A stretch of DNA of 64,000 nucleotides from Malacoraja senta (taxonomy: Eukaryota): assembly GCA_038087875.1 (NCBI GenBank), contig CM075977.1:125488001-125552000 (forward strand), written 5' to 3'. The position numbers were made by a program, and so were the translations under genes. This document shows positions 1-12,841 of the stretch, in pieces (the first letter of the stretch is position 1; every line of letters begins with the position of its first letter). The notes beneath the pieces are model-generated. The model ran no database searches. It was not told the origin of the DNA and worked only from the letters and a program-made list of their open reading frames with translations.

Positions 1-879
1 CAAGCATTAAGAGTGATTCTAATATTAAAAGATAAATTCTGTTGACTGTTAGGGTTTGCAGCTGAAATAGTTTGATGGCAGTGGTGTATTACCAGAAAAC
101 AGGTGAAAGCCCTAACTAAATTGTTTGTAAATAATTTCTAAAATTCAAAAACAAGTGCCACCCATCGTAGAAAAACTTACACCACATGCAATCAGTGTTG
201 CCCTTTGTACTTCCCCTCATTGCTGATGAACATTGACTTCATCAGTAATGCAACATTTTCTTTGGGTTGTTGAAATCTGGAACACACTCTCGAAGGAGGT
301 GGAGGCTGGGTATTCTCACAACATTTAAGAAATATTTAGACGACAATCTATAGGGCCATGGCATAGAAAACTGCAAGCCAAATTCTGGTTAATGGTTTAG
401 TACAGATAAGTATGTGATGGCTTGCACTGATGCTTAGTGAGATCCAATTGAAAGGCCTGCATTGATGTGGTGGTCCAAAGAGCACATTTCCTTGCTATAA
501 GATTATGACTCTCTGCTTGTTACTGGTGTGCCAATTATTAAATGGAATGTGTGTTTTATTGAAATATTATTAAGTGCCTGAGTAGACTTGGTATTGTAGG
601 TGTCACGGTATGTGCCATGATGTGCAATAGTTGCCGTTGTAAACAATTTTTTTAAGATGTTACCGCAAAACAGTCTCTTGTAAGGAAGCTATCCTTTCTT
701 AATTTCACCATCTCTGCTCAATCTGTTCTTAAGATGAGGCCACCATTTCTTGAACCTGTGAAATTTGTTCCTTTCAGAAACATGGCAGACCCTCTGCAAT
801 AGTTGATGGATCCTTTGCACGTATATCCTACATTTCTTGCATGTCTACTCTGATTTACCCTTCTCTGGGCAGAACAGCA

Positions 880-1865
880 ATTGGGTTCGCTTGAACCACA
901 TTTTTCATTCCATCTGCTTCTGCATTGAACACCTCATCCTCCACCATTTCATTTAGCTTTAACACCAGTCACATCTTCTCTTCTCACTCCTCCATTTCTG
1001 CTTTCTGCAGGGACAGCTATCTTTGTGACATCCTGATCGGCTAATGCCCCCCCCCCCCCCCCACACACCTCTCCCATGCCCTGACACTTACCATTATTGC
1101 AGACATAGCATCTTCCCTTTCAACTCCTACGTTCTCACCATTCAGAAGTCTAAACATCCCTCCGATTGAAGCAGAGGTTAGCCCACACTTGATCTACTGA
1201 TCTACTGCATTCAGTTTTTGTGATGTGGCCTTCTGTACAGGCAAAACTAAATGTAGATTGGGTGATTATTTTGCCGGGCATCTGCACTCTATCAGCAACG
1301 GCCATCTCAAGCCTTCAGGTGGCATATCATTTTAACTTTCCTTCCCACTCCCACATCGACCTTCCTATCCCCGGCCTTCTCCACTGCTACACAGGCCAAA
1401 CAGAATCTTGTATTCCATTTGGGTAGTTCACAACCCTTGAATTTTCCATTTTTAGGTAACCCACACCTTGTGGGTTGCTCACCTCCCACACCTACTCACG
1501 TATGCACCTAATTTTCTTGACCTTTGCTCATCTTTCCCATCTCCTCCCCTGATCTGCTTTTATGTATCATTCTATCTGGCTCTACTATTAACTATCAGAC
1601 TTTATCTCCCAATCCTTCCAGGTTCCATCAACCTTTCATCTCCTCTCCATCTGTTCTCAGTGATTGCCAACCAGTCTCTGTCCCACTATCTTGTACCCCA
1701 TCTAGTACCACCTATCAGCAACTAGCCTTTGTCCCACTCCTGCTTCATAGTCTTTATTGTCAACCTGAAATATCGACTTACGATTTTTGCCTTCACAGAT
1801 GATGAGTTTTTCCAGAATTTTACTTTTTTGTTGAAGATTCCAGCATCTGCAGTCTATTTTGTCTT
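880..1865 (+). mobile_element. Degenerate Penelope-like element 3' fragment (GIY-YIG endonuclease remnant plus terminal repeat)
   Basis: About 1200-1290 reads, with frameshifts, like IYCI..CGLLY.GKTK..LGD.F..HL (GIY-YIG motif). It is followed by the CT-rich tract and cagcatctgcagt end shared with the other PLE ends here. Boundaries approximate. Confidence 0.7.
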
Positions 1866-2424
1866 CAGTGACTAGGTTGAGTTTGTTTTACTTGGTGTAA
1901 AGGGGGTCAAGTGGAGTTTAAATGAGATATACAAAATGGGATTGGCATAGATGGCTACTTGATGGTTGACAAAGTTTTACCATAGCCCTTGGACTTTAGA
2001 CCTTTTTGAGGCAAAATCATTCTTGTTGCCACATGTAACATGAGAGTGTTTGTTCGTGATATGAACATGATATGATTGTTCATGAGTGACATCAAATTAG
2101 GTATGGAGAGGACCCTCAGAAAATCAAATTAAACCACAAAGTGAGAAGGGAAGAAGTCAAACTAAACCACTCAGTGGTTGGAGCTGTACCTTATGCAAAA
2201 GATATCACAACATAGCCATGATACAGTCCTATTCAAAATCACAAATAAGTATAATGTGAAAATAGTTGCAAAATTATCTTTGTCTGCACTATCTTCTGCG
2301 TCGGCTAACTGTGTGGGGTTATTCATTTGAAATTTCAGAGGAAGTAAAAATGATGGAAATGTCAATGAACTATCTGCATCTGTGCTAACAGCATCTGTGG
2401 AGAGAAAGAAACAGATTAACCTCT

Positions 2425-2517
2425 CTGAAGAAGGGTCTCGACCCGAAACGTCGCCTATTTCCTTCGCTCCATAGATGCTGCCTCACCCACTGAGTTTCTC
2501 CAGCATTTTTGTCAACC
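2425..2517 (+). mobile_element. Penelope-derived short insertion with hammerhead-like core
   Basis: CTGAAGA-A-GGGT CTCG ACCC-GAAAC-GTC. Flanked by a duplicated aacctct; sits inside an older antisense PLE end. Confidence 0.8.
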
Positions 2518-3360
2518 TCTCAGATTGATGACCTTTCAGCAGTACTGAGAAGTTAGAAATCAAAAGGTTTTAAATTGAGATGGAGGAAGGGTGGAGAGAA
2601 ATGGACTGTCTGATAGGCGTGTTGAACAGCACATGTACTGGTAGTGAAGGCTTGCCAAATGCAGCCAATCTGTCTGCAAGAGACAAATTGAAGGAGATTA
2701 ATGAAATCAGGTGGAGAGAGGGATACAAACAATGCTGGAACAATGAAGGGCACTGCAGGTGCTGAAATCTGAAATAAAATATGGAAAATGCTCAGCAGGT
2801 AAGGAAAAATTGTGGAGAGAAAAAAATAGCTGATAAACTTTCTTCAAAACTGGCCAGTTCTGTTAAAATTAGAAAGGCTGTTTAAGTGCAATATTTGCAC
2901 TCTGCTTATCCAAAATAAAGCTAAAGCCCTATCATCAAAGTTTATTTTTGATGGCATTGCTGTTGCCGAAGTCATCACAAAGATCATCTTGATGGGATGG
3001 TTGGAGGTGTGTATATGCAATGGGAGATGGCTTTGCTATTGACAAGGATCAGTATTATGAACAGTATGGCTGCAAGGTTGAGTGCAATGTAGAAAGTGAT
3101 GCCATCAAAAATATTCCATTCAGAGTGACGAATGAGTACCATATCAAACTTCAGATGAAAGAATAATCTTTGCACTACTGAATTGTTTCTGTGTGGTTCA
3201 GTATTTACATGGAAGTGTGAACATGTTTACATCTGTTTTTTGGAAGTTGTTTAATGGGTCTTCCATATTTATTTGATTATTTTGTAATGTACTACTTAAT
3301 TTTTCCTGTTGAGAGTTCTCCTTCCATAGGATAATGTAGTGCACCCATGCCCATGAAATC

Positions 3361-3488
3361 AGTCTGAAGAAGGGTCTCGACCTGAAACATCACCCATTCC
3401 TTCTCTCCAGAGATGCTGCCTGTCCCGCTGAGTTACTCCAGCATTTTATCTACCTTCGATTTAAACCAGCATCTGCATCTTTCCTACC
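3361..3488 (+). mobile_element. Penelope-derived short insertion with hammerhead-like core
   Basis: agtCTGAAGAAGGGTCTCGACCTGAAACATC...cagcatctgca; cccatgaaat duplicated on both sides. Confidence 0.8.
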
Positions 3489-4020
3489 CATGAAATTTAG
3501 AATGGTTAATGAATTATAACTGTATGTATGCATTTGTTACTTTTAATTAGTGAGCATCATGTAGTCAGGCCATTCAGCTCATTCAACCAACATTTGTAGT
3601 TCCTTGATATTACAGCTCATTCAGTTCATGTCTGTCTGCCTTCACATAGCAGATATATCTAATCTTATTTGCCCAACCTGTTCCTAATTTTTACTTTTCT
3701 ATTCAACATTGACTGTTGCTGTCACAACTACTAACACTTCAATTCCACAGCTTGGCTCTAATTAGTTCAGCTTCATTTTAATTATTTTATTGTGCTCTCT
3801 AAATCCCTTAATGTAATCGAGTTTGCAAGGACAAATCAATCTTGGTATTCAGTTGTTGGAAATTGTCATCCTCTCGCAACTCTGTCCTTCTTAGAGAGTG
3901 TAGCAAGCTAAAATAATACAATAACTAGTCTATAAAAATAAAAGCGAGAGAACAGATCCAGGCAAAGGGTCTTTTTGGATCAGAAAAGTTATCTCTTTTC
4001 CCTTTGTACAGATGCTACTT

Positions 4021-5750
4021 TGATAAAGTTCACTTCTTAATACTGAATTAACATGGAATTTTCATAAACGAAAATGGGCATCACAATTAGGTTTTGAAAT
4101 TGTAAGGTGTATCTCCATTGTTTTCCCTCCTTACCAGCATGCTTAAGGGAGTGTATATAATATAAAAGAACGGGGAGAAAAACATCAGTTACACAAACTT
4201 TTCCGAGGGGTGAGCCAGTGGCCCGTCAAAGTCAATGGCTCAGCCCTCTCGTTTCCAAAAATCTCGTTGCGCGGCAGAGGCGTCCCTCTGTATTAACTTT
4301 ACATCACCCATGTCTTGGCAAGGCCATTCTGTCTACTAGAATCTTTGGTTCTGTGGGAACAATGTGCAGAATTTGGTGCCTTGGCAGCGGCAAGGGACGA
4401 CAGTAATATCCTGTCTCAATGATGCTCTGTGTTGTTTAACTCTCTCACTGATGGTCTCAATTACTGCTCCTCCTACCCCATTTCTATAAACAGGGTCACC
4501 ATGCCAGACAAGGTTCCCCAAGGTTATTTCATTTTGGCGCCTTTTTTTCCTTTTTTTTTGTTACCAATTGTCGCTTAATTTGAGACTCAAGCAGGCCTTT
4601 TCTTTTTCGGCCTTTTCCTGTTGTTTTATCATGCCAATTACATTCTGCTTGTAACACATCCCAATTCTTAGGTATACCATCCTCTTTCATCTTTTCTGTC
4701 TTTTTAACAGTTTCTACATTCCATGTTCCTTCGACTGGCCAGGATTCATCTCCCAAATGTTTGGTTAGCTTATAACTTAATATTCTATAGTCTTTGTTAC
4801 TTTTAGGATTCAAATAACACATATGTTGGACGGGCGTTCCCCATCACTTTTATCCAGATTATTCCTCTCTCTCAGCCCGGCTACTTTGTGAGCGACAATT
4901 TTTTTTAGTTTGCTCTATCCAATTGCCAACTACTTTTCTCAGTAGCAAAATACCTTACCGACTACTCTCCTAGTAAGTAGCAAAACCTATTACCAACTAC
5001 TTTCCTAGTAGCAAAAATATATTAATTTACGACAAACCTTTTTAGTTTGCTCTATCCAATTGCCAACTACTTTCCCAGTAGCAAAATCTCGTACCAACTA
5101 CTTTCCTAGTAGCAAAAATTCTCAATACAGTTGGTCTTACCTTCGTTGTCTGGTTCTAAGGATTTCGGCAGGGAACCAGATCAACCTTCTGACGAGGGAC
5201 CTGAGTTTTCCCGGGAGCTTCTTCGGGAGGTCGGTCTCAAGGGGTCAGACTAGTGCGCTTTTTTATCCCTATCCGATCCCGGTCAAACTGCGGCCTCTTA
5301 CTCAGTCGTCTGTTGATGGTCCCAGCGAAATCCTGCCGACTACGCCAATGATAAAGTTCACTTCTTAATACAGACAACAACACAAAGGGTTAAAGGTAAA
5401 CCAAGCCAAGCTTTACTCAGTTCGTCATGACGAGAGTGCCGGGGACCAGTACAGAGAGTATACCAATACACTCAGTATTCTCCGATCAGCCACCCAAAGA
5501 TACACTGTTTTACACTTTCTTAAAGTCAAGTAAATGCCTTAGTCAATTTTCCAAAAACTACTGCTGAGGAGTATTGCCAAGAAACAACTGCTGACGTCTG
5601 TTCCAGTGACTGTTATCGTATCTATTGCGGAGCAGCGATCTATGTACGTCAGTAGTTTTAAAGCTATATAAGCATTTAAGCAAGAATACAGAAATGGTCA
5701 AGTATCCCATTATGCAAGGTAACCCTAGCTAATAGCGATTAACTCTTTCA
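4021..5750 (-). mobile_element. Deleted endogenous retrovirus: 5' LTR 5349-5750, PBS-tRNA-Ser, leader, gag 5' end, 23-bp stub of 3' LTR (4021-4043)
   Basis: TG...CA LTR on the minus strand. Identical tgataaagttcacttcttaatac at 4021 and 5349. 4-bp TSD actt at 4017-4020 and 5751-5754. Gag matrix-like WPVEGTWN in ORF 4529-4822; ATG-GGG-AAC (MGN) start near 4844. Confidence 0.85.
5330..5347 (-). promoter_or_regulatory. Retroviral primer binding site complementary to the tRNA-Ser 3' end
   Basis: Minus strand reads TGGCGTAGTCGGCAGGAT, 1 nt after the LTR CA end; it complements the vertebrate tRNA-Ser 3' end ...AUCCUGCCGACUACGCCA. Confidence 0.85.
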
Positions 5751-7899
5751 ACTTGACTTGCTGACTGCTTACATAATTTTCTGTATTTATTTCAGCAGTC
5801 AATACTATTATTTCAGTATTTCATTCAGGGTTTAAAATAAAGAAAGTAAAAGCTGCAAATGGCACGTCAAGCAAAATTTGTAGATTATTCATATTTTTAT
5901 GCCTTGCCTTTACTGAAGTATAGGGGCAATAAAATATCAAATAGTTTAAATTAATGACAGTTGTGATGTCAATATGGAATTGTTTTAAATGTATCCTAGA
6001 AACATGGATTAAGTTGAATCCTTGGACATTGCAGAAAGATACAAAGACCTACTTTATTCAGTGCATAATAGTTTGACAAGTTATATTATGTGATTCTACG
6101 TTGCATAATGGCAGCTGTTGTTCTCTAGGATAAAGCAGTAAAGCCGAAGGAAGCTTGCTGAAAAGATTTCTCAACTGTTTTTGGTCATTCACCAGCAGGA
6201 ACACACCACCAGCGAAACAACATGGAGATGTATGCAAATGGCTTTCCTTTCATTATCCTTTGTTTCTTGACTGGTACCAGTGGCATACTGGAAACTGGGT
6301 TTCATTTAGAAATGTTGGATTTTTATTCGATGATGAAAAAATGATGAATCGATTACATTTTCTGCATATTTTTTATCTGCATTGTTTTGTGTGCCACCTG
6401 TAATTTACCAAGTGGGAGTATCAGCCTATTATTCCATTCCTTAAATTATTGACATAACAATTCTTATGCTTGTCAGACAATGGGAAATTCACAAAAAATC
6501 CATGGTGACTATGTGTGGTAAACAGAATTGAAGAAGCCATATACCTGATTATTTGTTTTAAAGAAATGTTCACAAAAGTTTGAGGTTTACAGCAAATTCT
6601 TTTTCATACTATTACATATTTGTTGTGGTATAGCCATTTTCAAATCTGCTTCCAGGTACTTAAAATGTAAGGCATGGCATGCAAAATATTATTTTGCATC
6701 ATTCATTCCAGGTCATTGTTGAGCAATAAGCAGTATTTAAAAGCTAATTATAATTGTTATGTTGAATATGACAACCAAAGGAATTTTATTTTCATTGTGA
6801 CACAAATGCATTAACATCAACTGCAGCAGTTTTTCTCTGAAATCACCTTTTATTACAGTACTATTAGTTGAAATTGTGTTACCAGCAAACTCAAAATATA
6901 TATCTGCCATAATCCACTGCTGTGAGCCACTTTAGGACATTTTCATTTGTTGAAGATTCTATGGTAGTGCAAGTTATGTTTGATTTTTGATGTTCATTTA
7001 ACTTTGCCTATTTTTGTGCTTTACCTTTTCAATACTTTGCTCACTTTGTGTCAACAGAATTTCAACTCAGCCTAATTTATCAACACCCTTGTCCCCTGAA
7101 TCCCAAGATTTTGTGGTCAGATTCCATTTCAGGAACATGAACACATAATCTTGAGTCTCGACTGAGGGCCATGTCCTCACAGGTGGATGCACAGGGCACC
7201 ATTGTATAAAAGCTGCAAAGTTATTTGTGTCCTAGAAACGTTTATTCCCACTGGGGAAAGTCCAGAATCCCTGCATTTCACATGAGTGCTGTTGTGTCAT
7301 ACACAAATTGAAAGGCAGTTTAGAGTCATAGAGTGATACAGCATGGAACCAGGCCCTTTGGTAATATTTACATGAAGAAATTGAAGCTCTCAGTCATTTC
7401 CACTCTGGCAACATTTATGTTAATTTGGGCATGTACTCCACCATGCTTCCTGAAGTCGATAACTAACTCCTTCGTCTTGCTCACATTGTGGGAGAGGTTG
7501 TTGCCCTGACACCGGCCAACATGCCCCATCTACACTAGCCCCACCTGCTCGTATTGGCTCATATCCCTCTAAACCTGTCCTCAAGAACAGCTGTACTTCA
7601 ATGGCTGTGAATTTGTTTTAAGGATTTTTCAGTAATCTGAAAGTAGCTAGAAAAAATTGTCTTCTCTATCTGTTGAAATAGAATGTTTTTTATATTAGTA
7701 CTAAAAAGTTACTAAGAATGCTGGAGCTCACAAATATGCCATGGTCCTTGCATGCCTATTTTCCCCACATTCCAAATGTGTAGGGCTGACTTTGCAGGTT
7801 TTTCCCAAAGGCTTAGAAGCCAAACTAACAAGTAATGCAACTATGAAGCCCCCACCCTTGGGTCATCCCTGAAATATCTTGAGAGAATGTAAAACTGGG

Positions 7900-8140
7900 C
7901 CAGATCACAAACAATGACAAGATAAAGTATAGGAACGAGATAGAGAATTTAGTGTTTGGTGTCAGGGCAACAACCTCTCCCATAATGTGAGCAAGACGAA
8001 GGAGCTAGTTATCGACTTCAGGAAGCATGGTGGAGTACATGCCCAAATTAACATCAATTTTGCCAGAATGGAAATGATTGAGAGCTTAAATTTCTTCATG
8101 TACATATTACCAAGGATCTGCCATGGACCAACCACATTGA
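7900..8140 (+). mobile_element. Rex/Babar- or L2-type LINE RT fragment
   Basis: Encodes SKTKELVIDFRK, a typical RT C-terminal motif of these clades. Confidence 0.7.
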
Positions 8141-9171
8141 AGCATTTTAAGCATTTATATTTTGAAAATGTGAGGAATTAAATAGAAGCCGCATGTCGCT
8201 ATCATTTACCATGTGTATTTTTTTCTGTATTCAACTGGTTGCACACAACTATAGTAAGCTAATGATGTAAAGTAATAAGCACTTAAAACAATTTTTGCAG
8301 TTGAGTACAATGGGCCAGGTAATGCTAGACCTTGTTTGTATGTCTACAGTCCCACTTGTCCAGAGTGCTCACATGCCAGATTTAATGCTCATCTCATGCC
8401 AGGCAAATCATGTGAAATAATTTTGAGTGCGATACAAAGCAGTGGCCTGTAAATGCAGTAACCAAGGCCAACATACAGTCAGAGAAAGATTTATTTTGAA
8501 AGTCTGTTGAAAGACTGTGATAAGATGGCAACTTTTTTTGGAAAAGGTTGTGAGGAGTGGAGACCAAGATGTTAGAAACAACAGGCTGTTTAGTTCAACC
8601 AAGGTGTATTCACAATCATTCTCATTGTAAAAAATATTGTTCTAATGACACTTTAGATTTTGCCATTTTCATGATCAGTGCCATAAAAAGTGTTATTGTT
8701 GCTATTATAATCCATTTTGCACTTAATGCCCTGAAATTGACATGTTTCTGATGTAAAAGTGCATTGCCTTTTAATCAATGTGATTATGCTGCTTTCTTCC
8801 CACTATAAAGTCTCAACAGCAGTGATTCCAATATTACATTTTGTGGTCTAACCAGGAATTATATCAAAGGATTATTTTGGCTCGTCATTACATCATGGTG
8901 TCATGCTTGTAATGATGACATTGAGAATTCTGTTGGTTTTTATTACCCCTGTAGTTGCTGCCATCTAGTACTTTTCTATCTCAGCATTTTAGGTAAGTTT
9001 AGAAATCTTCTTATTTCTCAGTATAATATCATGGAATTGTATAACTTTTTAACCGTTGGGTTTTCTTTTAATTTTGCTGTCATGTATCACGCAGGAGGGG
9101 GGGGGGGGGAACATCTAAGGTATTGTATTCAATATATGAAAATTTGAATATATGAAATATCAAAAATAATA

Positions 9172-9480
9172 TTAGTTTAGTTTAGAGATACAGCATGGAA
9201 ACAGGCCCTTCGGCCCACCAGTGCATACCCGCCAGCGATCACCGCTTGTACTAACACTCTTATATACTAGGGACAATCTACAATTTTTATCAAAGCCAAT
9301 TAACCTACAAACCTGGACGTCTTTGGAGTGTGGTAGAAACCGGAGCTGGCGGAGAAAACCCATGCAGTCATAGGGAGAACGTACTAACTCCGTACACACA
9401 GCACCCCTAGTCAGGATCGAACCCGGGTCTCTGGCGCGGTAAGGCAGCAACTCTACAGCTGCACCACTGTTCCGCTCCCA
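9172..9480 (-). mobile_element. tRNA-derived SINE (HE1-like elasmobranch SINE)
   Basis: Minus strand has A box tggtgcagctgtag, B box ggttcgatcc, a CR1-like 3' tail (gggccgaagggcctgtttcc) and a (ctaaa)n end. Confidence 0.8.
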
Positions 9481-12400
9481 ACGTTAAAACAAAAATTCAA
9501 AAATGATAACTACTTTTGATTCAAAATGATTCCAAAATTAAACTAACTACTTTGGTACATACCACTTGCAGTTAGGATTTTGGCAAAAAAAAAATACAAA
9601 CTGTTTTTGGTCATCATCCATCTATTCTGCAATCCTCTATTAATCCTTTGCCTCTATCCCAAGACTCCAAACCACCAACCTGAAGGTGACTCTTAAATTT
9701 CCTTTTGTATACCTGTCGAGCCTAACTTGTAAGAAAATAGAAACAATTGCAGATATTTCCAGCGAAACCATTGTTTCCCTATGATGAACCTTTCCTGTTT
9801 TCTAGATCTGTGTTTCTAATTTCATATTTTGGCATGAAATTCGTCGAAAGTTCCATGATTAGACTGGGTGTCACTAATCTTTTCCAACCCATTTACTGAG
9901 CTGAGTGAAAAGGTTCAAACTGAGAAGAATGCAGCAAAACTGATTCAACAGAAAAATTGCATGCACTGTCATAATTTCAGTGGACTTTTTCCCAGCCACA
10001 TTCATCCATATTTAAAATTGTTGGATCTGCCTGGGAAGTAATTTTGGTTTGCCTATCGAAATTTCAGTGTTATGTGTTAAAATATTAGTTAAGTTGTAAT
10101 ATAAGTTTTCACTACCGAACCTTGTATTTTATATTCCTTAAACAGACCAAGTTTCTTGGCACTTTACAAAACTTCAATGTATAAATGTTCAAACCAGAAA
10201 ATGTTAAGATTTTGTTTCCACCTCAGGAAATGGCTTTAAAATAAGTGAAGATTATGCCAACTCACTGTCGTAGTATGATATTTCCTTGTTAGAGGACGGG
10301 AAGACAAAGCAGTTCAGGAAAACATTACAATAAATCATTTGCATGATTATGAGTTTTAGTACTTTTTTGTTAGTTTTCTTTCTTTCTATCAGTGTAATAA
10401 AATGCAGCAATGTTATTTAAAATAGCTAAACTATTGATCCATGATCACAGTGAATGGCGGTGCTGGCTTGAAGGGCCGAATGGCCTACTCCTGCACCTAT
10501 TGTCTATTGTCTAAACTCATTTTATAAGATGCAAAGTGATTAAGTAACATACCTGTGAACTAATCCCTCAGATGTTGTACTTAAGATTTTAGAATCACTT
10601 ACAATCATTCATATTTTGCAAAATCCAATCAGTGCTCATTTTAAACCTCAAGTGAATCAAACTACTGCATTAAGAACAACTGTGGCAATATCTGTTCCCA
10701 CCTTTTCAAAGTGAATCATGAGAAATTCATGACACAAAAGAAATGTCCAATCCATCATGCCAGTACTGGTTGATAATTTCAGTCACGGTACACTTTCCAG
10801 CAGTTATTTTGTAGCATGGTGTGCAAGTAATTTTTAAATGATATGGGATTTCTACTTTAGGTCTTCCATGCAAAGATTTTGAAATCTTTGGCCACTTTCA
10901 GGGTGGAAAATAAATATTCTCCTAATCCTCCCTGGGCGTAGACCTCTCTGCTAAAGAAAGTAGGTTGGTCTTATCCATTACGTTGAGGAACTTCATAATT
11001 TTATATCTCTCAATTATATTTTCTCCAAGCTTAAAGAAGCTCGTGTAAGCTATCATTCCTTGCATTCTCAAGTACTGATAGCAGTTGTGTAAATCCTTCC
11101 AGTAATGTGCTAAGAACTGTGTACAGCATTTTAGCTGTGGGCTAACTGCTATTTTATTGATTCTGGCACAAGCTCCTGTTCTTGTGTTTTGTGGCTTGGC
11201 TTATAAAGGAGAATGTCACGAGTGTTGCTTTAATCGTATTCTGCATCTAGGGACCTCTCGTCATGCATTCTGAGGAGCTGAGGCACCTTCGAACACATTT
11301 AACAGAATTCTAAGTGAAAGGCTGCTTGTCTAAATTGTAGCCCTTGAAATAAAGGGGTCAGAATCAGCATCAATAAAAGACTGGCTCAAGGACAAAGCAG
11401 AGAACCTTAAAATGGTTGTTTGTCAGACAAGGTTTGTGGGCAGTGGTGTTCCCATATAATGGCTTGGATTTGCAGATGGCACCAAACCATGTGATAAGCT
11501 GAGAAGAGAATATTAATCAACATCAAGGGGACTTAGTTTGGAATTTGGGCAAGTAAGAGGCAGGTGAAATTTAATAGCGAGCTGTGGAAATGATGTATTT
11601 TGTAAAAAAGAAAAGCAGCAGGGTACCTTCATGCATAATCTTTGAAAATGACAAGATATTGAGAAAATGGTTGGCAAAGCAAATGAAATCCTATTCTTTA
11701 AATAGAGCTGCAGAGTACAAAAGAAATAGGGTATATTACTTATAAACATACTATTCACAGCTATGCTGCTTCGGCCTATTTTGTAGGGTTGTAATGGCTG
11801 ATCTGATTGTAATCTCAACTCAGCATTTCCGTTTATACAGAAGAATCTTTCTGAAGTTCCCTCTTCAGTGGGTAGTAAAGAGGAGCTCTAAAGATTCGTG
11901 ACCTTCTGAGAAAATTGTTACCTCATTTAATCTCAAATGAACAATCCCAATTTTAAACATTTTCCCCAGTTCTAGATATTCACATATTCTTCCAGACTAA
12001 GCATTGATATCAACAATTTCAGAAAATTACCCATTCCATCCCAGTAGTTTCATTTAAAGCATTTGATGACGATACGAATGCCCCAAATCAAGGCTTCACC
12101 AGAGTACAATAGTTACAATGGAAATCAATGCGACAGAGCATCAATAATAAACATTAAGATACTTTATAAAAATAATTGTGATACTCCACACAAGTGGTGA
12201 TTGAGGGGGAGGTCAAAATAGTTGTGGATCCTGGTAGAATTTAATATGTGTACAATTATCAGGGCTCGAAATTAGCGGTTGCCCTGGTGCCACTGACCAC
12301 TCAAAGCGCCGCCGGGCAACCTAAACACGAGTCATTTTGCCCGGCTTGGCAACCAGATACTGGTTTGTACCGAAGATAGACACAAAAAACTGGAGTAACT

Positions 12401-12505
12401 CCGCGGGTCAGGCAGCATCTCTGGAGAAAAGGAACGCGACGTTTCGTGTCGGCGGCGACTGTCGTGTGGGGCAAATATACTAGGTGCGGGGTGAGGAAGG
12501 GTCGA

Positions 12506-12841
12506 AGCGAATGACGGGCCCTGAACAGCGGCACCAGCGGCCGCGACAGTGGCTCCATCTCCTCCTCCTCCCGCCCCCCGCCTGCCCTGATAAGGGCCGC
12601 TGCTTGTAAATCCGCTAACCGCGCGTTCTAAAAAAAAAAATACCCGCACTCCGAGGCCGGGAGGAGGGAGGGAGGGAGGGGGAGGCCTCAGAGTGCGGGA
12701 GCGTTTGTTTTAAAAGCGGTTATCGCCGTTAGCGGATTTGCAAGCAGAGGCCCTTATCAGGGCAGGCGGGGTGCGGGAGGAGGAGGAGATGGAGCCGCTC
12801 TCGCGGCCGCTGCTGCCGCTGTTCAGGGCCCGTCATTCGCT
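12506..12841. repeat. GC-rich long imperfect palindrome inside the hAT element
   Basis: agcgaatgacgggccctgaacagc...ccgctaac is the reverse complement of gttagcgg...gctgttcagggcccgtcattcgct; there is also an inner pair cccgcactccgaggcc/ggcctcagagtgcggg. Confidence 0.9.

Noticed and set aside
4925-5117. CRISPR-like repeat/spacer array
   Set aside because: Irregular tandem duplications in an ERV leader, in a vertebrate context, with no unique equal-length spacers or cas genes.
6129-6229. Possible exon (ttctctag|...|gtatgc)
   Set aside because: Stops in all three frames, a weak donor and no APC similarity; it cannot be supported without RNA data.
9380-9480. tRNA gene
   Set aside because: A/B boxes are present but continue into a SINE body and CR1-like tail; it is a SINE head with no clear cloverleaf.
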